Shown here piece by piece: positions 11,425 to 21,272 of a stretch of DNA of 64,000 bases. Location of the stretch: positions 7,058,029 to 7,122,028 of the forward strand of contig SMSO01000014.1 of NCBI GenBank assembly GCA_004764695.1, given 5' to 3'. The DNA is from Schizochytrium sp. TIO01. Lineage: Eukaryota; Protista; Bigyra: Labyrinthulomycetes. Under the pieces are notes generated by a model. The model searched no databases and had not been told where the DNA came from. It saw only the letters and a program-made list of their open reading frames with translations. Every line of letters starts with the position of its first letter. Position 1 is the first letter of the stretch. The translations under genes were made by a program, and so were the position numbers.

Positions 11425-14400
11425 TAATTGCAAACCGCCACTGTCGCTCGCTCGCTTGCTCCTTTGCTTGGAAACCGAGCCAGACGCCGTGGCAGAGAGA
11501 GCTTAGACCGCCTCCTCTTCCACTCGGGAACGCTTTGCGGTTGCGGCTGGGCTTGGAGGTTGCGGCTGGGCTTGGAGGAAGCATTATGAGTGAGTGCAAC
11601 AAAGCACAGAGCATAAAGCTTGGCTCGCTAGGTAGCAGCTATTCTTCGTTTCCAGGGAAGAATGAAAAGCACCAGATCAAGACGAAAACCTGTGCAAGAT
11701 CAAGGAAGGCCCATTGAGATTGCCACCAAGATGCCTCCTGGTCCACACGGTTCCCGAAGACACGGAGGCCAGTACCGTAAGCTTTTGTTGGAGCTTGCTT
11801 CTTCAATTGGTTCTATATTAATTGATTGGTTGATTGATTGATTGATTGATTCCTGCATCGATTTATTCATTTGACACCAAGCACTGCAGCTGCTTCCCGG
11901 TCAAGCCACGACCGGTCTTCTCGGCCAAGAATGCGACGCCATTCGCAGAACTCGCAGCAGCTGTGACCACGCTCCCCGGTCGGTTTGTTTATTTATTTAT
12001 TTGTTTGTTTGTTAGCTTATTTGTTTGTTTATTTCAAGTTGTTCGTTGGTTAGCTTATTTGTTTGTTTATTTCAAGTTATTTTGTTAATGTAATATTTCA
12101 TCATCGAATTTGGCCAATGGGCTTGGATCAGTGAATCAGTGAATTAATGAATCAGACATCAAACTCACGAATGATAAAGAAGAGCGAATGGAATATTATG
12201 AATGCATCGCCAGTGTTTCCTACAAAGTTCGTAGTAAGTCGAAAAGTAACAAATGCTTTTGCAACTCCGAGATTCGCCCTACGAGCTTCCATGAAAGGCA
12301 GTGCGAATTAGTGCATGGTCGTGCAGGTGGCGTACTGCAATCTCCGCATCCATCCACGGCGTGCGGGCCAGACAAACCTTCGATGGATGTTCGATTAGAG
12401 TCATGAGACCGAGAGGGCTTTTGGAGGATAGGCGTCTACTTTTCAGCAGTCTAAACTTCTGGGACCACCGGCACCCGTTCAATCAATTGGTGCAGCACTC
12501 TTCGCTTACCCAGGTCGGGTTAATCGTAGCTTTTATTTGGGAGGTAGGCGAGCTGCCCACAACCAAGTTGCAGCCTGCAGAGCTGCGAAGTATATTCTGT
12601 CCAAATTAATCATTGGACGAACGGCCCAAACGATCTTTTTACATTGCATTTTAGCCGCCGTAATTGAAAGCGATTTCTTCGCATGTGCATACCGAAGTGT
12701 TCTGGGGAAGGCAGCGAACCATTTGAAAATCACATCTAAACATTCCCGCACACAAGCGAGGCTCTCCCAAGTAGAGCGCATACAGATTAACAAACCATAC
12801 CTAGTTGTCTGTAGACAGCTACGATGAAGATTTGCTCAGACCTAAGAAGTAAGCAGCAGTGTTACAGAAAAGACCCGCTCTCATCTTGGAATCAATCCCC
12901 CAATTCATTTTCAAAACTAGATAACCAGTCATTCCTTGCTCTCGACACGTATAACACAGCCACTTAATACATCGAGATATCTGTGCCACAAACCTTGGAA
13001 CGCCAAGAACTCCAAACTGATTTGACTTTTAGAAAAGATAGATGACATCTGGTTTCGTTGTATTCATTTTTCATAGGAGGGTGCTAGTGCGAGGAATAGG
13101 AAGAATCGAGCGAGCGGCATACGCGGTGGCGTTGTCCAGGTCGCTTGTCCTGCTACAAGTTCTGTTAGCTCTTATCAGTAACACTGAAGTTCTTACAAGT
13201 AGGGAATGTAGTACCTAGGTGCACCAGAAATGGCGTATAAAACCCGGCAATCTCTGGAACCAAGAACTCCTGTTGCCTAATTTGCAGTATATGGTAATCG
13301 CGGCGGAAAACCGAGTTCAACACCAGCCGCAGCAACATCTCCATGTTCTCACTCCCTTTCTTTACCTCCAAGTTGTTACGTTTGCAGCTGTTTTGTTTGC
13401 AGTAGATTTGAGCCCGCCACTGCAATAGAGAAAGTGAACCATTTTACATCCATCTACAATTCCAATCTCCGTTGCATCGACGTATTCTTCAATTTTAATG
13501 CTTTCTCGGAATGCAAAATAGCGACCACATCCAAAAAATGCTGGGAAGAGCGCTGTTACACACAATACGGCGACCGTGAGCTACCGGTCTAGAGAGACGA
13601 TGTTCGCGCAACACGCCTTTGAACTTGGGGCGCAATATTTTAATACACAGTAGGCTTCACAACGCAGGTCGTGATTTCTCGAGTAGAATTGATGGCTTGA
13701 TGCGCCAGGAGCGCCGAAAGGAAGAAGCAATACGAAAGATTTGAGGTTTTTGTCGAAAAATAACGGAGGATGCCTGTAGTACCTAGGTCCTACAAGACAG
13801 AGGGAGTAAACAGGATCTATTTTCGTACGGGATCTTCTTTGCACAACCTGGTCTCAGATTGGAAAGTTGTGACTGCCGGCGCTAAGATAGTAGTTTGACA
13901 TTCTTGGGCAGATTTTACCATGAAAGCCACTGTCGAGAATGCCGAGACGGATATCTCCAAGCCAGAATCATAGCTAGCTAGCCACAAGAGAAAGCTTAGA
14001 TACTATCGTGTGATTGTTTCATGTTTTTAAACAAGAAGAATCCGCCAAAAAGGTGGAGTTAGACCACGCTTCACAAGATCTGCAATTGTATAAAAAATGT
14101 AAAACCGTCACCGTCAAGACTACTTGTAAGACGGATCGCGATGATTCCAGGAAACAATCAATCAATCCATCAACAAAGAAGTGGCATGAATGAATAAAAA
14201 TAAGATTCACTCGGCTAGGCCAGCACTACAGCGTGGCCACTTTCTTTGAAGATAGCCACTCCTGAAGATCGTGATTTCTCTACTCGAAGCTCGAGAGATC
14301 CCTGCTACAGCGACGGTGTGTGTATATGGTAAGGTATCCAACTCATGTCTTTATAAAAATCTCCATATTCATGATACCAACGCAGTTCGCGAAATGTGCG

Positions 14401-15374
14401 GCTGCGGACACTCCGGAAGCGACTTTCACCATAGGAGTCTTTAGAGCGGGACTAACCATCTCTCTGCGAGAAAATGGTGGATCCTTTTTTCTTCCTTTTA
14501 TTTTTTAAATATGAAAAAGAAAGTCATATCTTTGGTAAATTTAATTATTTTTATTTTAAAAAAGGAAGTACTTTTTTAAAATATTAAAATATTAAAATAG
14601 AAGACAAGAAAACTCGTTTTCTTTTCTGGTCTCGCGGTAATTCAAACTCGGCGCAATCAGCGAACTCACGTGAAGCTTTTGCTGGGGAAAATACATCACT
14701 CTCAATCGCCCCAAAGCGAGCATTTTCCACAACCATGCCTCAAAAGGGAGTAGGTTAATATTAAGCCCCCTTTGCGTGCAGCTCGCAGCTTCGGCTGATT
14801 GCGGCAGCTATATTTCGCAGCCATTTCTTTCATTTCCTTCTCCTTTCCAATGGAATCGCACAAAAATTCCAAGAATTAAAGGAGCATTCATTGCTTTCAC
14901 TTTAGTTTTGAACGATCAGTGCGTATACTGAGCACACTTAAAACCTTTCCTCTCTTTCTTCCTTCCTCTCTTTCTTTGGTCTCTCCATGTTACGAAAGCA
15001 GAAACAAAAAACACAACGAAGTCCTTCGTCCATTGCACTCACTGCTCACTGTGCCAACCTGTGCACGCCCGCCGGAAAGTTGCGGCAACGATTGCCGCCA
15101 TGGCAATCATATCATATCCGCTGCCTGTCCGAGCAGGATCGTCCCAAGATTCCGCAAGCCCATGCCGATTGGCTTCTGCGGGCTCATACGCCCTTAGAAA
15201 TCATTGCTTCCTTCCTCGTACAACCGACAGGTATTCGAGGATGTACGTGTGAGAAGCATTCGAGGAATTCAATGCCTTAGGGAAAAGGAGAAAACCAAAG
15301 GAATTTGTCGTTTCGAGCTTTGAAATTTGAAATGTGCACTGTATCATTGATTGTATACTGTATTCATTATGAAT

Positions 15375-15415
<41 letters not shown>

Positions 15416-15759
15416 GAGAGAGAGAGAAAGCCGCGGCAAGTCTTTCGACCATAAGGGTCCACATACGCCATAAGCTAAGAGTGAATCTGCGGCTCCGAGG
15501 GCACGAGGCCGGCGCAGAGGCAGGCGTTTCTCTGGATATGCGGCAAAGGAATCAAACCTACTCGCTTTGTCGTCTGCGCGGTGCTTCAAGTTCACCCCAA
15601 AGCTGCACAAGAGCTGGCCGAACGACTCTTCTCTTGGTGTCAAAGGTACCGACCGTCGAGGGGCTAAAGGCTGAAAGACCCAGCGCTCGTTGCCCAAGTC
15701 TGAGGTTCCTCTTCAATTGAATCTCTTCTGCTTTTAGTCCAAAGTTGTGGTTTTTAAAC

Positions 15760-15866
15760 GGAAAAGGAAAAGGAAAAGACAAAGAAAAGGAAAAGGAAAA
15801 GGAAAAGGAAAAAGAAAAGGAAAAGGAAAAGGAAAAGGAAAAAGGAAAAGGAAAAGGAAAAGGAAA
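15760..15866. repeat. (GGAAAA)n hexanucleotide repeat
   Basis: Directly visible; gives rise to spurious KEKE/KRKR/FPFP ORFs. Confidence 0.9.
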
Positions 15867-17653
15867 GAAGAGTCAGAACTACAACAGCTCAGAGGAACGA
15901 GTCCGGAACGGTCCATCGCATCTTCTTCCGAAGGTGGTGGTAGGAGCCTACTACTACTGCTATTAAGTACTTCTCCAGAGTCCTGAATTCCGTAGAAACA
16001 ACTAGTAGTTAGCTAGGTACCTACTTCATTTTCTAAAAATCTATTAAAAATTGAATTGACCATTTTACTATTTTCTACATTCATTTGCAACTTCCTTTGT
16101 TTTGAATTTTTAAAATTAAAAAGGTCGAACTTGCGCGGAATGTGCCTCTTCCTCTGAAGTAGGTAAGTAAGTACCTATTCTTCTACCATCGATAATGGAG
16201 CGACTGCAATTCATGGGCGCTGCTCATGCTCGCTCGAGGCGATCGTGCGGTGGCGCTGGCGGAGCTGGTGTAGCACCTTCGTGGATACCTTTGGGAATAT
16301 GCACCTGTGCGCAAAGCGAGCGGATTAGATGGTTGGTACCAAGGCCGCTTTGTTTTGCTGGTTGAAACACATTCACGGCGGAAGAAGGATCCAAGAGCGA
16401 GCCCCAAATCGGGGCCCCAAATCTGACATTGCAGTGAAGAAGAGACATTCTTACCTTTGGATTGTGAAATATAATTTACAAAATAAATAAAATATATCCT
16501 ATCGAGAACAGGGACTCTTCGTGGGAGCCCACACCTGTGGCGAAGACGAGTGTCGAGAACGTTGTAGCAACTACATCATTCCCAGCGCCCCATGAGCAGG
16601 CAGATGGATACCTCGAACTGATTCTCGGCAGATCTTGGCCCACGTGACAAGTCTGTGCATCCTCATGTGCACCCTCGTGTCTGGATTCTCCTGGTATCAA
16701 AACTTGGTGAACGGACACGGTCACCAAGAAGCAGCAGGAATGCTGAACGTGGAGTGTGGATAAGCGAATTGAAATGATGGTGGTGTCGAAGGACCTGGAC
16801 ATCCCGTGTCTCAAGACAAATGATACCTGCTAGCTAGCTAGCTGCTACTTATACAGCTAGCTGCAGACGTGCTAGCAGAGTTGGCGATGATGACGTCAAG
16901 ATTTGCAAAAAGGTTGTACTACGACAATTTGATACTAGCATGTGTCTTCAAATGCAAAAACCCATCATTCTGCGGAGCTCTTTGATTTCCCGGAAGCCAG
17001 GACATCAGCAGCTGCATACGGCATTTGCAAAATTCAGCCTTTCCTGAAACAGGTTTCCTGGCGCAATACGCAACACCAAAACCACTCAACCCCTCGAGTG
17101 CGTGAGTATACCCACTATAATTCTACTAGGCCAACAATTAACGGTCTATCCTGCCCCAAAGCGGCCTAAACAAGTGGTCCATATTTCCTTCCCCAAAGAG
17201 GCCTATCGCAATCTCGAATATCTTTTGCACCCGCGAGTTGATATACTCTTCAATGATGCTGGAGAGTTGGTGTCCTTGACGCGCGCGCCTCGTGATGGCG
17301 TTTCTGGGCGGTGAATCTGCTCCGCCACAGGCACGTGGCCGGCGACCTGAGGTGATAAACGTGAAGCACGCAACTTCCTCTCCACGACTATACCGTTTTG
17401 GGCCCTGCCGGAGTCAGAGCCGCCTCGCGACGCAAGGCCGAGGGCGGCTTTCTTCGAGCGGCGGTGACGTTTTTTCGCCTCCGCCTCTTATTCCCCCTCT
17501 TTCTCTCCTTGGAGATAGATGCGTAGATCGAACAAACGAACATACTCACGACTGACGGCACGAGGGCGGGTTTACGGTAGCTGCGTGTAGCACTCCCCTA
17601 GCGCACCCCGCGGCGGCGGCGGTTCCACCTTAAAGTTGGCGATTTTGGTTTTC

Positions 17654-17761
17654 TCTTAGATTTTAAACTACAAAATTTGCAAAACTTGCATTTCATAGAA
17701 GGAGCTAAGACTCCATCACGGACTAGTTAGACTAACCCGCGACTCAATGAAATGATTTTTT
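17654..17761 (-). ncRNA. Putative omega-RNA (reRNA) scaffold of the Fanzor2; guide predicted to start at about 17654 and read into the flank
   Basis: Minus-strand fold by eye: 8-bp closing stem (17747-17754 with 17689-17696), 12-bp stem with three G-U pairs (17716-17742), and hairpin GGAG-UCUUAG-CUCC (17701-17714) whose loop is complementary to CUAAGA (17654-17659), forming a pseudoknot. Located directly after the Fanzor stop codon. Confidence 0.7.
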
Positions 17762-19618
17762 TTAAATCATGTCCTTGGATAGGTAGCGTAAAAGGATGCC
17801 TCTTGCGGCATGGACATCACGGTCTGCTACATGGTTGCACTTGAGATTAGGGCATTGGAAAACCTTGGATGCCCCGAGTTTATGGTGGAGGGTACCGCAC
17901 TCATTGCATGTTTTTGAAGTGTAGCTCTCTTGGCAAAGAACAAGCTTGCACCACGGGAACATCTCAGCCTTATGAATGAGAGCCTGGCGGAACCCAAAAT
18001 GGGACCAACGACACATCATTCGAACAGACTTCTTGGATATCCGTCGCTCCATCCTCCTGCTCATCTTAGAGGTTTCGAATTTGGGCAGGAGAATAACACG
18101 ATAGTTTTCACAAAGCCAAAGCGCGAGCTTGCGGTGAATCTCAGTGATCTTGTTCTTGATCTTGAGTTGGGCGCGATAGAAGGCGCGCTTCAAGGGGGTG
18201 TTGAAATCGTATGCAGTTTTCTTTTTATTTTCTTGAGCTTTATCAATCCTGCTTTGGATCTTATCAACGCGGCGACAGAGATAGAATATGGTTCTAAAAT
18301 CTTTCCCTGTGCCCCATTCAATGGCGCGGCCATCAGCATCATACATCGTCTGAAACGAGCGAACACCTGGATCTAGAGCAATGACACTGTGGTGCGCCTT
18401 GGGTGCCTGGTCCATTGGACGCTTTTCTTCTTCTCGTAAGAAGCAGAAGTACACATGCCCAAGGCGATTCATTTGCACACGCATGGCGTTCTTAATCTGA
18501 CTGGGGAACTTTTCTTTGCGCGTACGAAACTCTTTTAGAAAGCTGGTGGTCTTTGATTTCTCCGTATTCCAGATACGTGCGTTCACTTCGAAAATCTGTG
18601 ATTCATCACGCTTGGTCCGAAACTTATAAAAAGATTGCTCATGAACTTTCTTTTGTACAGCGAGTTCTTCGTTTTTGGCTCGTCCAGAGTTAAGAGCCTT
18701 GAAGAAATCCAGAATCCCGGAATCACGGATAGCCTGTGGGACCTCGAGAACCCATTCAGGAGCATCATGCCTTTCTTTAGATCGAACGGCTTTCTTTTCT
18801 CCATAGAGGGCACCATACGTTTGGGGATTCCCATCTTCATCTACTAAAACCTGCTTCGTCTTGGAATCCTTTTTGATGCACGCTTCTTGATGCAATTTGA
18901 TGGCTTCTTCCTCGCCCTTCGCCACGTCTCGGTGAAACGCAACGCCAGTATTGTAGGCTCTTCTAGTGACACCAAACCATTTAAGCAACTGTGTACGCTG
19001 ATCTTTAGTAGGGTATACCCTGACCTTTTTGGCACGGACAAGGTCATATTCTTTCTTGATGGTCTTGCGCGCCTTCGTGCGAGCTCGCTTCTTCCTCGCT
19101 GCGTCGTCGCCGTCTATTTTGCGCTGCTCGTTTTCCGTGATGCGATGCCACAAAGACGGTGATGATTCCGAGGAGGTCTTTGGTGAAGGTGTCTGCGTCT
19201 CCGGCATGTGCATCTTGGCCGTGTACCACGAGTTTGACATTTTTTCTTTCGAAAAGGTGTTCCAGGAGGTCGACTGCGATTCGCGCAAGTCGGTCGCGGT
19301 GCATGACCACAACTTGGCCGATTCCGCCGCGGTCACAGGCGTCCAGTAGGGAGCACAGGCCTTGGCGTTTGAAATTGACCCCGCTACCGATGTCTTTGTA
19401 GACGGCGGAAGCATCTGGGTAGGCGCGCTGGAGATCGCCAACCTGGCGTTCGAGGTCCTCCTTTTGCTTGGCCGAGGACACTCTGGCGTAGATAACGGTA
19501 CATCCAGAGCTGCGTTGCTCGCGGCCGGTGGAACCGCAATCAAAGATGCGCTCAACATCGTCGCAGGCGTAGATGCGCTTGCCTCCGGGGAAGCGCGCGC
19601 AGCGCACGCGTCCGCCAT
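17762..19618 (-). CDS. tnpB: Fanzor2 (IS607 TnpB-derived) RNA-guided DNA endonuclease; frame open from 19702, first ATG 19618, alternative ATG 19414
   Basis: HTH/WED region KKVRVYPTKDQRTQLLKWFGVTRRAYN; RuvC-I IALDPGVRSF (D444); LLPKFE with Pro (P540) at the canonical Glu site; relocated Glu in CQESYTSKTC (E592); Zn finger CNEC...CPNLKC; RuvC-III DRDVHAARGI (D629). Numbering follows the 646-aa ORF. Confidence 0.93.
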   Translation of the reverse strand: MADACAARASPEASASTPATMLSASLIAVPPAASNAALDVPLSTPECPRPSKRRTSNARLAISSAPTQMLPPSTKTSVAGSISNAKACAPYWTPVTAAESAKLWSCTATDLRESQSTSWNTFSKEKMSNSWYTAKMHMPETQTPSPKTSSESSPSLWHRITENEQRKIDGDDAARKKRARTKARKTIKKEYDLVRAKKVRVYPTKDQRTQLLKWFGVTRRAYNTGVAFHRDVAKGEEEAIKLHQEACIKKDSKTKQVLVDEDGNPQTYGALYGEKKAVRSKERHDAPEWVLEVPQAIRDSGILDFFKALNSGRAKNEELAVQKKVHEQSFYKFRTKRDESQIFEVNARIWNTEKSKTTSFLKEFRTRKEKFPSQIKNAMRVQMNRLGHVYFCFLREEEKRPMDQAPKAHHSVIALDPGVRSFQTMYDADGRAIEWGTGKDFRTIFYLCRRVDKIQSRIDKAQENKKKTAYDFNTPLKRAFYRAQLKIKNKITEIHRKLALWLCENYRVILLPKFETSKMSRRMERRISKKSVRMMCRWSHFGFRQALIHKAEMFPWCKLVLCQESYTSKTCNECGTLHHKLGASKVFQCPNLKCNHVADRDVHAARGILLRYLSKDMI

Positions 19619-19742
19619 CGGCCCAGCCCCGAAGGGCGCTTGCTGAGACCCCAAACTTCCGGTGAAAGAACTTTGCTGGTTTGTATTCGAGGTTTGCTCC
19701 ACTTGCAGTGTTTGGAGCTTGGCGGTTCCTTGGCCTCCCCAT
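19044..19742 (-). CDS. tnpA: IS607-family serine recombinase/transposase TnpA
   Basis: N-terminal MerR-like HTH (FGVSASALRGWADGGRVRCARFPGGKRIY), catalytic IYARVSSAKQKEDLERQ (S89), DIGSGVNFKRQGL, VVMHRDRLAR, DLLGIITVF..HHGKR. Confidence 0.95.
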   Translation of the reverse strand: MGRPRNRQAPNTASGANLEYKPAKFFHRKFGVSASALRGWADGGRVRCARFPGGKRIYACDDVERIFDCGSTGREQRSSGCTVIYARVSSAKQKEDLERQVGDLQRAYPDASAVYKDIGSGVNFKRQGLCSLLDACDRGGIGQVVVMHRDRLARIAVDLLEHLFERKNVKLVVHGQDAHAGDADTFTKDLLGIITVFVASHHGKRAAQNRRRRRSEEEASSHEGAQDHQERI

Positions 19743-21199
19743 TTTCTTACCTAACCTCCACTTCTTATTAAAGATCTAACTAAGTATAATATATGATTAA
19801 TATGAAACAAGCACATCGAAATATAAGTTATCGAAATTTTAACGGTTTTTGTCATACTGTTCATGAAACGTAGAACAAAGAGAGAGATTTGATATTGGTG
19901 GGTTTTTCCTTTCTCTGCTTTTCTCCTAATTCCGAGCTGCTAGGGCTGCGCTAGGAACTGTTACGGAGGCGATTCCTAGTGCGCAGGTAGATGGCCCCTA
20001 CTGTATCAGGAAAGGTACTAGTAGTAGTAGAGCTTACACTAAAGGGGCTTATGAGAGAGAAGAATTTGAGGCAAGTGCTAGAGTTCCTGATAAGTGACGG
20101 TTAGTGGGTGTTCCTGGGGTATCACCTAGCTAGCCAGTTGGTAAGAAGCACAGTATCTTGGATGCATGCTGGGGCGGGTCAGATTCCGGTGCGAAGGCAG
20201 CGAGGAGCCGTGAACGTGGCACTCGTCGGCCCGTCTCGCTCAGCTTTGGGAGCCATTTTGGGAGCTCGTTCATCGTTCTGGCTAGCCAGAGGGGCATGCA
20301 TGCCACAATCTCCCCATCGATCATCACTAAACCTCTGCAGCAAGCGCAGCACCGTAGTGCCTGCTACGGTTTAGGATAGGAGGGCGAGCATCTACATGCG
20401 CTTGCAATCTGTACCCTCCTGGACTTCGCTACGGAGATGAAGATAGATAGATAATGGAGGCACTTCTAGGGATTAGGATAGGAGGCGCGCAGGCAGCCGG
20501 GAGGGCAGTTAGCTAGCTAGCTAGCTACTAGCTAGTTAGTTTAACTAGTAGTTCAAGGCTGCGAGGATTCGTGGGACCCTCATCGACCAATTGGTGTGTT
20601 TCTTTGGCGAATGGAGTGTCTCACAGATGCGGTTGGGACTGCGATCTCAGCATTCAGTCAGTCAGTCAGTCAGTCCTGCCGTTAGTTTCTCTCGGCTGCC
20701 TGATCGCCGACCCGCCGTTGGAGTCAAGAAGGGCCATCCTTGCTTCCTTCCCTTCGTTCGCTCGCTCTCATCATAACTAATCTCAGCTGTGCTTTCTCTC
20801 TCTCTCCTTTCATAACGCCCAGAGAGAGCTCGCTCTGTCTGAACATGGTATTTCAAAACGAATTGAAAACCAACAAAATCAACAACGACAACAACGAGAA
20901 CAACCACCACAACAACGCATAATACCAGCAGACAGCAACAACAATGTAAACAACGAAAGCCTAACCGTGCGCTGCTGCCGCTACCGAGCTGACCGGGCTT
21001 GCTTGAATGAGTAAAGACGACGAATTGGTCTCACGAATTGGTCTCCACAAGGAGGAGGGCATACGGGCCCTCTTTCTTCCCTTCCCTGCGGTGGTTAGAC
21101 CAGTAGTTGGAGCGCCTCTGCTGTAAAGAGGCGGTGGTTAGTTAGTGAGGCCTTAGAGTACACGGTTAACTTAAGAGAAGAAGAGTAAGAAGAGCAAGG

Positions 21200-21272
21200 T
21201 ATCTATCTATCTATCTATCTACATATATCTATCTATCTGTCTATCTATCTTATCTATCTTATCTATCTGTCT
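21200..21272. repeat. (ATCT)n degenerate microsatellite
   Basis: Directly visible tandem units. Confidence 0.85.

Larger units (their letters stand above)
17654..19870 (-). mobile_element. IS607-family transposon carrying tnpA (serine recombinase), Fanzor2/TnpB and a putative omega-RNA; boundaries approximate
   Basis: Canonical tnpA-then-tnpB order on one strand and a structured 3' non-coding region. Short direct repeats lie in the AT-rich left region (ATCGAAAT at 19815 and 19830) and the right region. I saw no terminal inverted repeats or target-site duplication, as expected for IS607. Confidence 0.88.

Noticed and set aside
15734-15986. KEKE/KRKR/FPFP ORFs
   Set aside because: Translations of a hexanucleotide microsatellite.
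16183-17555. Short ORFs left of the IS607 element as possible cargo or an interrupted gene
   Set aside because: No recognisable protein in the frames I translated, and they lie beyond the predicted right end.
19754-19759. GGAGGT Shine-Dalgarno-like sequence 11 nt upstream of the tnpA ATG
   Set aside because: Spacing is long and the context is eukaryotic (AAAATG). It may be a relic or chance, and cannot be supported as functional.
19990-20052. ACACTAAAGGGGCTTA resembling RNase MRP conserved region V
   Set aside because: No GAAAG-CCCC partner at a suitable distance; the only complementary tract is about 50 nt away.
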